A stretch of 50,073 nucleotides of DNA from Deltaproteobacteria bacterium (lineage in GTDB: Bacteria; Myxococcota_A; UBA9160; SMWR01), in contig JAQBHB010000015.1 in assembly GCA_032128115.1 (NCBI GenBank), forward strand, positions 1 through 50,073, read 5' to 3'. The position numbers and the translations under genes are program-made. The notes beneath the pieces are model-generated. The model was not told the origin of the DNA and did no database searches. It saw only the letters and a list, made by a program, of their open reading frames with translations. Shown here one piece after another: positions 9,080 through 18,396 of the stretch (position 1 is the stretch's first letter; the number at the start of each line of letters is the position of its first letter).

Positions 9080-10573
9080 GTGCGCGCTGCGAGCGGTGTT
9101 TGCTGGCTCCGGGCCGCCGCCCTGACGTTGTCTCCGACGTTGACCCTGACGTTGTCTCCGACGTTGGTCGTGGCGTTGGCCGTGGCGCACGGCGGCTGCG
9201 CTCCCCCCGAAACACCCCGCCCCGACAATGTCGTCCTGATCTCTCTCGACACGGTGCGCCCGGACATGCTGGGCCACAACGGCTATCCCGGGCCCTCCTC
9301 GCCGGCGCTGGACGCCCTGGCCGCCGAAGGCGCCATCTTCGAGACCACCCTGGCCACGTCGCCGTGGACCCTGCCCTCTCACGGCTCCCTGCTCACGGGC
9401 CTGTACGCGCCGCAACACGGACTCAAGTCCATGTCGAAACAGCTGCCGGCGTCGCTGACCACCCTGGCCGAGAGCCTGTCGCGCCAGGGCTTCTCGACGG
9501 CAGGGATCGTCAACTCCCAGCTGGTGGGCAGCCGCCACGGTTTCCACCGGGGTTTCGACTCGTTCGAGGTCGTCCCCGAGCGTGCCCGCGGCGACGCGCC
9601 CCATCGGGTGATCGACCGGGCCGTGCATTGGCTGGCCGAGCCGGCGCACGAGCCCTTCTTCCTGTTCATCCACCACTACCAGGCCCACAGTCCGTATCGG
9701 GCGATCGCCCGCTTCCGCGACGGCCTGGTGGGGCCATACACGGGTCCGGTGGACGGAAACGGAGAACAGCTGTTGCGGGTTCGCAGCGGCGAGATGCAGC
9801 TCGACGATCGCGACGTGGCCCACCTGATCGAGCTCTACGCCGCGGGCATCCGCCAGGTGGACGAAGAGGTGGCGCGCCTGATCGAGGAACTCGCGCGCCG
9901 CGGCCTGCTCCCGCGGACGCTGGTGGTGGTGACCTCCGACCACGGTGAGGAGTTCCTGGAGCACGGCGGCGTGTTGCACGGCCTCACCCAGTACGACGAG
10001 TTGCTGCGCGTGCCGTGGATCCTGCGCGGCCCCGGGATCGCGCCGGGATTGCGAATCGCCGAGCCTGCGTCGCTGGTGGACATCATGCCCACGATCCTGG
10101 GCCTGCTGGCCGTCCCCCCGGTTCCAGGCCTGGACGGCATCGATCTCAGCCGTCAGCTTCGCGCAGGCGCCCAACCGGGAGCGGCGGAGCGCCTGATCTT
10201 CAGCGACTCGGATCACCGCGGCAACAGCGAAGACCTGTTGGCGTCGGTGCGCCGGGGACGCTTCAAGCTGATCCACAACCGCGCCACCGGTCGCAGCGAG
10301 CTCTTCGATCTCCAGGCCGACCCGGCCGAACGGACCAACCTGGCGGCCTCCCACCCGGCGCAGGCCGAAGCCCTGGAGAGAGAGCTGCAGAGATTTCAGG
10401 CGGCTCCGACGACCGCGCCAGACAGCCGCGAACTCTCGCCCGAAGAAATCGAGGAGCTGCGCGCCCTCGGTTACCTGCACGACGCGCAGACGCCCTCGCC
10501 TAGCGCTCCAGATAGCCCAGGGCGCGCAGGCGCTGGATCTCCGCCCGGTCCACCCGGATCGGATCCGGACTGA
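9080..10573 (+). CDS. sulfatase-fold lipoprotein 3, Thr at nucleophile position
   Basis: HGGC lipobox-like; LDTVRPD, WTLPSHGS, HHYQAHSPY, TSDHGEEF and LRALGY motifs. Confidence 0.88.
   Translation: MRAASGVCWLRAAALTLSPTLTLTLSPTLVVALAVAHGGCAPPETPRPDNVVLISLDTVRPDMLGHNGYPGPSSPALDALAAEGAIFETTLATSPWTLPSHGSLLTGLYAPQHGLKSMSKQLPASLTTLAESLSRQGFSTAGIVNSQLVGSRHGFHRGFDSFEVVPERARGDAPHRVIDRAVHWLAEPAHEPFFLFIHHYQAHSPYRAIARFRDGLVGPYTGPVDGNGEQLLRVRSGEMQLDDRDVAHLIELYAAGIRQVDEEVARLIEELARRGLLPRTLVVVTSDHGEEFLEHGGVLHGLTQYDELLRVPWILRGPGIAPGLRIAEPASLVDIMPTILGLLAVPPVPGLDGIDLSRQLRAGAQPGAAERLIFSDSDHRGNSEDLLASVRRGRFKLIHNRATGRSELFDLQADPAERTNLAASHPAQAEALERELQRFQAAPTTAPDSRELSPEEIEELRALGYLHDAQTPSPSAPDSPGRAGAGSPPGPPGSDPD
9120..9166. 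repeat. 24-bp-period in-frame tandem duplication in the signal peptide
   Basis: CCCTGACGTTGTCTCCGACGTTG twice, encoding LTLSPTL(T) twice. Confidence 0.9.
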
Positions 10574-11864
10574 TCTCCGGGCTGTAGGTCTCCACGGCGA
10601 GTTCACGCATCCGCCTGGCGATGTCCGGGTGCTGGTCGAGCACGTTCCGCGCCTCGTTCGGATCACTCGCCAGGTCGTAGAGGGCCTCGGGTGCCACCCG
10701 GTAGTAGTCGCCTTCCGGTTCGCAGCGAGGTCGAATCGCCTTCGGGTTGTAGACAAAGCGCCAGTCGTTGCTGCGCAGGCTCACGATCTCGCCCTCTTTC
10801 CGGTCGTAGAATTCGGAGACGGCGACCCGCTCGCTGGGACCGGCGCGCTGCTCGACCCGGGGCACCAGGCTCTCGCCAACGATTCCTGCCGGCGGATCGA
10901 GGCCCACCAGGTCCAGCAGGGTCGGAGCGATGTCCATGTTGCCCACGGGGTCCGCGAATCGATCGCCCGCTTTCGCGCCATCGGGAAGCCGGATCACCAA
11001 CGGAATGTGCAGGGTGGAATCGTGCACCGAACAGGCGTGATAGAAGTAGTCGTGGTGCTGACCCAGGTCCTCGCCGTGGTCCGCGGTGATCGCGGCCACG
11101 CTGCGGTCGAGCAGGCCCCTCGACCTGAGTTCGCTCCAGAGAATTCCCAACATCGTATCCGCATAGAGGATCTCGCCGTCGTAGAGAGCCACCACGTGCT
11201 CGCGCTCCTCCGCGGACACCTGGGACTGACCCAGGGTCACGGCGTCGAGCTTCTCTCGAGTGCCATCCTGGGAGCCCGCGTAGTCTTCCCGGCGGAAGAC
11301 GTCGAAGGTGCGAGGCGGTGCGTAGTCGCTGTGCGGCGCCATGTAGTGGATCCAGATCAGGAACGGCTCGGGTGGAGATTCACGCAGCCACTCGATCGCC
11401 TTGCGCGTGACTTCAGCGTCTTCGTCGCAGCGTTTGAGATCGATGCCTGGACCGAAGGCACTGCAGGCGTTGGCCAGGAAGGCCGCCGTGGTGTACCCCG
11501 ATTCCTGGAGCACGGTCAGCAGAGTGGGAACCCCCTCGGCCAGAAGATCTCCGTTCTTCCGCACGTTGGTGGTTCGCGGATACAATGAGGTGAGCATCGC
11601 CGTGAGCGACGGCCAGGTGCGGCCGGTGGGGGAGAATGCCTGCTCGAACAGGATGCCCTCCTTCGCGATGGCATCGAGTGTGGGGCTGGTGCGCCGCGGG
11701 TATCCGTAGGCCCCCAGGTGATCCGCTCGCAGGGTGTCGACGGTGACCAGGACGATGTTGTGACGCGGGTAGCGGCCCGATAGCCCCTCTCCCGATGGTC
11801 CGTGGCAGGCGGCGCAGAGGATGGTCATGAACAGGAGCAGGAGAGCCGTCGCGGGCTCGCGCAT
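10500..11864 (-). CDS. sulfatase-fold lipoprotein 4, Thr at nucleophile position
   Basis: LCAAC lipobox-like; VDTLRADHLG, RTWPSLTA, HYMAPHSDY, TADHGED and LRALGY motifs. Confidence 0.88.
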   Translation of the reverse strand: MREPATALLLLFMTILCAACHGPSGEGLSGRYPRHNIVLVTVDTLRADHLGAYGYPRRTSPTLDAIAKEGILFEQAFSPTGRTWPSLTAMLTSLYPRTTNVRKNGDLLAEGVPTLLTVLQESGYTTAAFLANACSAFGPGIDLKRCDEDAEVTRKAIEWLRESPPEPFLIWIHYMAPHSDYAPPRTFDVFRREDYAGSQDGTREKLDAVTLGQSQVSAEEREHVVALYDGEILYADTMLGILWSELRSRGLLDRSVAAITADHGEDLGQHHDYFYHACSVHDSTLHIPLVIRLPDGAKAGDRFADPVGNMDIAPTLLDLVGLDPPAGIVGESLVPRVEQRAGPSERVAVSEFYDRKEGEIVSLRSNDWRFVYNPKAIRPRCEPEGDYYRVAPEALYDLASDPNEARNVLDQHPDIARRMRELAVETYSPEISPDPIRVDRAEIQRLRALGYLER

Positions 11865-11905
11865 CGGAATCGGGGCCTCGCCGGTATGTGCGTGGATCGG
11901 GTGCG

Positions 11906-11914
11906 ATTATAGCA
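11906..11914 (-). promoter_or_regulatory. extended -10 promoter element
   Basis: TG-C-TATAAT about 41 nt upstream of ATG 11864, conspicuous in the GC-rich background. Confidence 0.65.
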
Positions 11915-11938
11915 CCGGGCCGAACCGACACTGAACCC

Positions 11939-13948
11939 ATGGACCCCTCACGCCGATTGCAGACCGGTCTGCGCGCCGGGGGGACGCTCGCCGCAGCGTG
12001 GCTCGCGGGCTTCGCGTGCGGCAGCAGCGACCCGGGTGACCAGGCCTTCCACGCCGTGATCCCCCTGCCCGATCAAGAGATCCGATTTCTTCCCGTTCTG
12101 GTGGGCGTGCACTTCGATCCGGCGGAGGCCGGCGCCCGTCTGGACGTGGAAATCAACGGCCGCGACGTGAGCGAGCGCTTCGCGCCCTCGGGGCCCCGTC
12201 ACGGGGTGCCGCTGCGTCCCGTGATGCCGGCCCAGGAGGCCTACGCGGAGTTCGACCGGGACGATGGAATCCGCGGCGGCGACAACGAGTGGATCGCACA
12301 GCTGCGCGGAGCCGACGGTCGGGTGCTGAGCCGACGCAGCCAGCGCTTCCGCGTCAGGCCCGCGCCGCTTTCCATCGCCTATCGCATCGTCGAGCACGTC
12401 GGTGGAGGCGCCCCGGTAGAGCTTCCGGCCCGACTGCACGTGATCGGCGTGGAGGGAACGCCGTCTCCCGACTTCGGCCCCGGGCAATCGGACCTTTTCG
12501 AGCCCCGGGATATCGTGCGCTCGTTCGTGAATTCGGCCGGGCACGGCACCCTGTACCTGCCATTGGGCCATTACCGCCTGCTGGCGTCGCGGGGGCTTCG
12601 CTACGACGTGGCCGAGGCCCGCGTGGGCCCCGAGGCCGGCCCGGTGACTCTCGAACTCTCGCGTGTGGTGGACACCCCCGGCCAGGTGGCGGCCGACCTC
12701 CACGTGCACTCCATCGCCAGCGGCGACAGCTCCATTCCCTTGCGTATGCGTGTGGCTAGTTTCCTGGCCACGGACGTGGACGTGATCGTGGCCAGCGACC
12801 ACAACTGGCGCACCGACTACGACACGACCCTCGCGTCGATGCCCGGCGCCTCCGACCGTTTGCGGGTGATCGCCGGAACCGAGGCCTCGTTTCCGCGTCT
12901 GGGCCACTGGAACGTGTGGCCCCTGGCCCAGAACGGTCTCGACCGGGTACTCGAGGCCCGCGACGGGGAGCGCGAAAACGAGCGGCCGGCGCGCCTGTTC
13001 GACACGGTCTCGCGCCTGCGGGCCCAGGCCGAGGCGCAGACCCTGGTTTCCCTGAACCACCCGCTGGGAGTTTCCAACCTTCCCACGCGCGCCGCGCGCC
13101 AGAGGTACGGCGAAGACCCCGTGCTGAACGAGAACGTGGGCTACCTGGCGAACATCGACTACGACGAGGCCGCCCCGGTTCCGACCGCCTTCGACCCATC
13201 GCGGCGCGTGCCCAACGACACCCTCCGCCTGCGGGCCTCACCGCACGGCGACGACGCCCCGCTGCACGACAACCTGGGCTTCGACCTGCTGGAGGTCTAC
13301 AACCGCAACGACCACGGCCTGTACCTGCGCATGCGCGACATCTGGTTCTCGTGGCTCGACCAGGGCATCCGGCGCACGGCCGTGGGCAACAGCGACACCC
13401 ATACGTTGGTGCTGGTGCGCCCGGGCCTGCCGCGCAACATGGTGGGGACCGCCGAGGCGCCCGCCTCGACCCGGATTGCCGACCTGAACGGTGCGTTGGC
13501 GGCGGGCCGGAGCTACGCCACGACCGGCCCGATGCTTCGCGTGCGCGCCCGAACGCGCGGCGGCGCCGAGGCGGGACTCGGCGACCGCCTGTTCTCCGAT
13601 GACGGCCGCTTCGAGTTGCACGTCAAGGTGGAAGCCGCGCCGTGGATTCCGGTGTCGGAGCTGCGCGTGTTCGCCAACGGCGAGCCGATCGAAACCGTCG
13701 CGCTGGATGCGGACGGGGCCGCAACGCGCCCGGTGACACGCTTCGACCGCGCGATCCCGCTGCGGCTGCCGCAGGGGGGATGGGTGGTGGTGGAGGCGGG
13801 CGCGCGCCCGGGCGACCCAGCGCCGGACGGCGACTACGCGGTCGTGGCCCCGGACGCGACCCCGATCGCCTTCAGCAATCCGATATTCATCGAGATCTCC
13901 CCGCGCCGGGATCAGCGCGAAGCATCTGCCGGCAGCGGCGGGTCGTAG
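11939..13948 (+). CDS. PHP-domain metallohydrolase lipoprotein (CehA/McbA-like)
   Basis: GFAC lipobox-like; PHP metal ligands DLHVHS, SDHN, GTE, GHWN, NHP and GNSDTH; C-terminal FSNPIF. Confidence 0.8.
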   Translation: MDPSRRLQTGLRAGGTLAAAWLAGFACGSSDPGDQAFHAVIPLPDQEIRFLPVLVGVHFDPAEAGARLDVEINGRDVSERFAPSGPRHGVPLRPVMPAQEAYAEFDRDDGIRGGDNEWIAQLRGADGRVLSRRSQRFRVRPAPLSIAYRIVEHVGGGAPVELPARLHVIGVEGTPSPDFGPGQSDLFEPRDIVRSFVNSAGHGTLYLPLGHYRLLASRGLRYDVAEARVGPEAGPVTLELSRVVDTPGQVAADLHVHSIASGDSSIPLRMRVASFLATDVDVIVASDHNWRTDYDTTLASMPGASDRLRVIAGTEASFPRLGHWNVWPLAQNGLDRVLEARDGERENERPARLFDTVSRLRAQAEAQTLVSLNHPLGVSNLPTRAARQRYGEDPVLNENVGYLANIDYDEAAPVPTAFDPSRRVPNDTLRLRASPHGDDAPLHDNLGFDLLEVYNRNDHGLYLRMRDIWFSWLDQGIRRTAVGNSDTHTLVLVRPGLPRNMVGTAEAPASTRIADLNGALAAGRSYATTGPMLRVRARTRGGAEAGLGDRLFSDDGRFELHVKVEAAPWIPVSELRVFANGEPIETVALDADGAATRPVTRFDRAIPLRLPQGGWVVVEAGARPGDPAPDGDYAVVAPDATPIAFSNPIFIEISPRRDQREASAGSGGS

Positions 13949-15507
13949 GGGGTCTGGCCCTCCGCCACCAGGGAGAAGAAGGCGCCGTCGCGGGCCGGTT
14001 GGGCAACACGCACGATCTCGTAGTCGTCGCCGAAGTAGTAGCGGACGCGCAGCTTGCCGGGCTCGGTGACCGGCACCGGAAACGCGATGGCTTCTCCCGC
14101 CGCGCGCCGGGCCGAGAGTTCGGCGTGCAGGCGATCCAAAGCCGACTCGTGATCCACGTGGCGAAGCGGCGCCGCGACCCGGGTCGCGGCCGCAGCCAGG
14201 AGAACCACCGCGAGCGCAGACGACAGCCACGCCCCCGAGCGCTCGCCTCCCCGGCGGCGGACCCAGGCGAGGATCAGGGCCAGCGAGAGAGCGAGCCCCG
14301 GCACCAGCCACGGCGCGCAATCGCGCCACACCACCTGGCCCTCGAGTGGCGTGAGCCCGCGCAGGGCGAATGGGTTCAGGCTCATGACCTGCACCCCCGC
14401 GGCCACCGCGAGAAGCGCTGCCACCCCCACCAGGACCCAAGCCGGAATCGGCCCCGCGCGCAGGCGCGAAAGCCACAGCGCAAGCACCAGCGACAGGAAC
14501 GGGGAGAGGGGATCGATGTACCAGGGCAGCGCCTTCGCCACGACCGCGAAGAAGCCCAGCAGCGCGACCGCGAACGCCAGCACCAGCCGCACCCCCTGTC
14601 GCTGGGTCTCGCTCGCGGGTGTCGCCAACACGCCGACGATCGCCAGCGGGTAGATCAGCGAGTACGGGAAGGCCCCGTAGAGGAGGGTCGCGCCGTAGTA
14701 GATCACGTTGCGCCCGACGCCGGTCTCCCGCTCGAGCCCCGAGCCCGAGGCCTGGGTCAGCATGCGCGCAAGCACCGCCCACGCATCGCGATCAAGGCTC
14801 AGGAGCTGCCCCAGGTGCCAGGCGAGCCCCAGCGGCAGCACCCAGGCGGCCGCCAGCCAGGCGCGGAGCCTCGGGCGCCGGTGGCTCGAAAGCACGAAGA
14901 ACGCGAGCTCCGCCATCACCGGCACCAGAGCCAGCGGCGCCTTCAGGTTCAGCAGCAGCACGATCGAGAGGTGGTGCCACACGAAGCTCCGGCCGGTCTC
15001 GAGGGCGCGCAGGAACAAGTAGGCGGTGAGCGTCAGGGCGAAGCAGAGCATCGGCTCGAGCTCGCCGGTGCGCGCGGAGTGGATATAGACGAACTGGTAG
15101 GTGGTGAGCTGGATGAGCCCAGCCAGGAAGCCGGTGCGCGCGTCGGAGAGGATCGCCGTCAGGCGAAACGTCATCAACACCGAGGCCAGGGCGAAGGCCG
15201 CCGACAGGAAGCGCAGGGTCCAGGCGTTGTCGCCAAAGCCCGCGATCAGGGCCGCGCGCGCCCAGTACTGGAGCGGCGCATTCATGAACGTGTCGTAGAC
15301 CCGGTGCTCGCCCGTGAACTCCAGGCGCAGCCAGTTGCCGCTCTCGAGCATGTTGCGGGCCACGGCGTGGTAGAAGGCCTCGTCGCCGTTCACCACGCTG
15401 TAGCTGCCCAGCCCGTAGAAGACGATCGGGATCGAGACGAGGCAAAGACCCAGGATCGCGAGCCACGTCCGGGGAACGGAGCCGGGAGCCGAATCAGGGG
15501 CGGCCAT
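13912..15507 (-). CDS. ArnT/PMT_2-like GT-C glycosyltransferase
   Basis: NGDEAFYHAVARNMLESGNW, APLQYW, LRFLSA, multiple TM segments and LPWYIDPL. Confidence 0.85.
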   Translation of the reverse strand: MAAPDSAPGSVPRTWLAILGLCLVSIPIVFYGLGSYSVVNGDEAFYHAVARNMLESGNWLRLEFTGEHRVYDTFMNAPLQYWARAALIAGFGDNAWTLRFLSAAFALASVLMTFRLTAILSDARTGFLAGLIQLTTYQFVYIHSARTGELEPMLCFALTLTAYLFLRALETGRSFVWHHLSIVLLLNLKAPLALVPVMAELAFFVLSSHRRPRLRAWLAAAWVLPLGLAWHLGQLLSLDRDAWAVLARMLTQASGSGLERETGVGRNVIYYGATLLYGAFPYSLIYPLAIVGVLATPASETQRQGVRLVLAFAVALLGFFAVVAKALPWYIDPLSPFLSLVLALWLSRLRAGPIPAWVLVGVAALLAVAAGVQVMSLNPFALRGLTPLEGQVVWRDCAPWLVPGLALSLALILAWVRRRGGERSGAWLSSALAVVLLAAAATRVAAPLRHVDHESALDRLHAELSARRAAGEAIAFPVPVTEPGKLRVRYYFGDDYEIVRVAQPARDGAFFSLVAEGQTPYDPPLPADASR

Positions 15508-16840
15508 CGTCCCCATATCCCAGGGCATCCAGCAGGGTGCGCTCCTCTTCGGAGAGTTCCTCGGGCGAAATACGGGGCGCGGTACCTCCGCCGGAGAGGG
15601 CCCGGAAGGACCGCTCGCCCTGCACCACCCGGTCGGCGGCGCGCGCGGCCAGTTCGCGGGTGCGCTCGGGCTGCTCGGAAGCCACATCGTGCCGCTCATC
15701 GGGCGAGCGGGAGAGGTCGAACAGCTGCTGCTTATCGGAAGTCAGATCCCAGATCAGCTTCCAGGGACCCTCGCGCAGCGCCAGGTGGTTGTGCCCCCGC
15801 AGGCGCAGGCTCGCGAACGCGTCGGCTTCCCGCGGGGCGAACAGCGTTCGTCCGTCCAGGACCGCGGGTGCGGGAAGCCCCACCAGCTCGAGAATCGTCG
15901 GCGCCACGTCCACGGACTGCACCGGGCGCGCGACCCGCATCCCGGCCGCCACCGCGGGTGGGTAGCGCAGCACCAGGGGTACGCGGATCGACTCCTCGTA
16001 CAGGGCCAAGCCGTGACCGCGCTCGCCGTGCTCCCAGAACTCCTCGCCGTGGTCGGAGGTAAAGACCACGATCGTCCGGTCGAGTCGGCCCGTCCGTCTC
16101 AGGTGATCGATCAGGTCTGCGAAGGCCTCGTCGTTGGCGGCGACTTCCGCGTCGTACAGGGAGCGGATGCGGTCGCGGTCTTCCGGCCCCAGGTCGCGAC
16201 GCCGCAGCCATTCGCCGCTGCCCGTGGCGGCGCTCTTCGATCCGTCGGCGTAGCGGTCGAAGCGCGCAGGAGGCGTGTAGGGGCTATGGGGGTCGATCGT
16301 CACCACGGCCAGGAAGAAGGGCTCATCGCTGGCGTCGATCCACGCGGCGGCACGCCGCGTGACTTCGTCGGCGCGCGTCGCCAGTTCGGCCACCTTCACG
16401 AAGCCCGGCTCTCGCCGGCCGTAGAGTTCGACGAAGTCGCCGAAGCCCTGGTCGAACCCGAAGGCCGACCCCAGGTTGGGGTTGCTGGTGACGAAGCCCG
16501 TGCGATAACCGGCCCCCTGCAGGATCTCCGACAGCAGAAGCGCGCCCGGGGAGAGCACGTCGAAGCGTTCGCGCGCGCCGTGCGCGGCCGGGTAGAGCGA
16601 CGTCAGGAGCGAGGCCACCGACGTGCGCGTCCACGAACTCTGGGCCCACACGTCCTCGAAGAGCGTGCCCTCCCGCGCCAGGCGATCCACCCCCGGCGTC
16701 TCTACCACCGGATTGCCGTAACACCCCAGGGAATCGGCCCGCAGGGTGTCCACCACGTACAGCAGCACGTTGGGCGGGCCCGGCTCGGCTGCGCAGGCCA
16801 GCCACAGTGGGCCCGCGAGCATCGCGATCCAGGCCCTCAT
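15494..16840 (-). CDS. sulfatase-fold lipoprotein 5, Thr at nucleophile position
   Basis: LWLAC lipobox-like; VDTLRADSLG, WTRTSVAS, DPHSPY, TSDHGEEF and LDALGY motifs; ATGA overlap with the upstream GT-C gene. Confidence 0.88.
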   Translation of the reverse strand: MRAWIAMLAGPLWLACAAEPGPPNVLLYVVDTLRADSLGCYGNPVVETPGVDRLAREGTLFEDVWAQSSWTRTSVASLLTSLYPAAHGARERFDVLSPGALLLSEILQGAGYRTGFVTSNPNLGSAFGFDQGFGDFVELYGRREPGFVKVAELATRADEVTRRAAAWIDASDEPFFLAVVTIDPHSPYTPPARFDRYADGSKSAATGSGEWLRRRDLGPEDRDRIRSLYDAEVAANDEAFADLIDHLRRTGRLDRTIVVFTSDHGEEFWEHGERGHGLALYEESIRVPLVLRYPPAVAAGMRVARPVQSVDVAPTILELVGLPAPAVLDGRTLFAPREADAFASLRLRGHNHLALREGPWKLIWDLTSDKQQLFDLSRSPDERHDVASEQPERTRELAARAADRVVQGERSFRALSGGGTAPRISPEELSEEERTLLDALGYGDDGRP

Positions 16841-18231
16841 GGACGGTCGGGATCCACGTAGGTGCCGCGGGTCCAGAGGGAGATCGCGTCGGGAACGAAG
16901 TACGGCAGGCAGAAGCCCAGAAAAATGGCCAGCACGCCAATCGCGGCAAGGCGGCTGCGTCGCGACATGGATTCGAGCAGGCGCTGCCGGTGCAGCAATG
17001 CCCAGGCCGCGTACGCCATCAGCAGCGGCATCAGCGGCAGCCGATAGCGCGACGACGCGTTCAGGCCCACGTGCAGGGCCAGGGTCGCGCCGACCAGCAG
17101 GCACGGCAGCGTGCGCCGACCGGGGCCGGGGGCGGCGGCAACGCCGGGAACCCCGGCCAGCACCACCAACAGATAAGCAGCGACCGTCAGGGTCACGACC
17201 CAGTGCACGATTCGTGGCGGGACGTCGCCGTAGGCCCCGCGGCTGATCTTCTTGAAGACGAACGAATCGGGGGCGAACAGCAGGGCCGTCGTGCGCACGA
17301 GCTTCTTGAGGATCCACAGGGGCTGCTCGGAACGGATCAGGGCCAGGGTCTGGTCGCGGGCGAAATCGGAGCGCTCCATCTCGCCGGGAATGTCCCAGAA
17401 GGTGTTCCGGAACACCCGGATCGTGGGCAGGTCGGCGCGCAGCCAGGAGCCGCCGGAGAGTGTGTTTCCGGAGCGCGCGTTCAGCCAGCCTGCAGTGGAG
17501 ACCGGAACGAAGCGCTCGAGTACCGAGTAATTTCGAAGTGTCCACGGCAGGATCACCAGGCATGCCACCGCCAGCATCAGGGCCCCGCGCACGGCGGCTC
17601 CCCGACGCGCGGCGGGAGCGGCCGTGAGCACCCACCAGACGGCACACACGCTGGCCAGCACCAATCCCACCTCGCGAGTGAGCGCCGAGATCCCGAACAC
17701 GAGCCCTGTCGCGACAGCTCCCCAGGCGCTCTCACGTCGCTGTCCCCACACCACGCCCGCCAGGGCCCCCGTCAGCAGCGCCGCAAAGAAGGCTTCGGAC
17801 CACAGGAAGTGGCTGTAGGCCACGAAGGTGGGGTAGACGGCGGCCAGGGCGGCGGCGACCAGGGCCTCGGATCGACCGAAGAGCGCAAGGGCCAGGGCAG
17901 CGGTCGCGAGGATCAGCAGCGTCCCGATCGCCACCTGCAGCTGCAGCGCGGGCTCGAGTTCCACCTGGACGTCGCGCCCGCTTCCCTGGGGTGTCAGCGA
18001 CCAGGAGAGCAGCCACGGATACGCAGGAGGCCAGGCCGCGCGGGTCCCGTACGGCGGGTAGTAGTGCTCGCCCTCGGCCGCCAGCTGGGTCGCCGTTCCG
18101 AGGTAGTAGAGTTCGTCGCCCACCAGACCCGGCGGCATCACCGCCTCGGTCACCGCCAGCCGGAGCCCGCCCCCGAGAAGCGCGATTCCAGCCAGTACGA
18201 GCCCGGTCCGGAGTGCAGACGGTTCGGTCAC
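16837..18231 (-). CDS. GT-C-type (PMT_2-like) membrane glycosyltransferase
   Basis: VGDELYY, WPPAYPW, WSEAFF, PWTLRNY and SRYRLP motifs; multi-TM. Confidence 0.8.
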   Translation of the reverse strand: MTEPSALRTGLVLAGIALLGGGLRLAVTEAVMPPGLVGDELYYLGTATQLAAEGEHYYPPYGTRAAWPPAYPWLLSWSLTPQGSGRDVQVELEPALQLQVAIGTLLILATAALALALFGRSEALVAAALAAVYPTFVAYSHFLWSEAFFAALLTGALAGVVWGQRRESAWGAVATGLVFGISALTREVGLVLASVCAVWWVLTAAPAARRGAAVRGALMLAVACLVILPWTLRNYSVLERFVPVSTAGWLNARSGNTLSGGSWLRADLPTIRVFRNTFWDIPGEMERSDFARDQTLALIRSEQPLWILKKLVRTTALLFAPDSFVFKKISRGAYGDVPPRIVHWVVTLTVAAYLLVVLAGVPGVAAAPGPGRRTLPCLLVGATLALHVGLNASSRYRLPLMPLLMAYAAWALLHRQRLLESMSRRSRLAAIGVLAIFLGFCLPYFVPDAISLWTRGTYVDPDRP

Positions 18232-18301
18232 GAGCTGGGCCCCCCCTGCGTGTCGGGCGAAGCCTCACGAGCTAGGCCCCCCCTGCGTGTCGGGCGAAGC
18301 C
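18228..18301. repeat. 37-bp tandem duplication (1 mismatch) spanning the RBS and start codon
   Basis: TCACGAGCT(G/A)GGCCCCCCCTGCGTGTCGGGCGAAGCC twice. Confidence 0.9.
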
Positions 18302-18396
18302 GACAGGCTACCGGAACCCGACGGGAGTTCGGCCTGCCCGGAGCCCGGCGGACCTGACCGAGTCGCAGGCAGGGGCCGGGTCGTTTCAGGTCGTTA

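Noticed and set aside
10457..10529. 18/21 inverted repeat
   Set aside because: It is explained by two convergent genes that both encode LRALGYL.
4241..16840. Polysaccharide-degrading sulfatase locus
   Set aside because: There is no CxPxR or SxPxR motif, no FGE or anSME maturase, and no glycoside hydrolase or TonB receptor; the neighbours are biosynthetic transferases.
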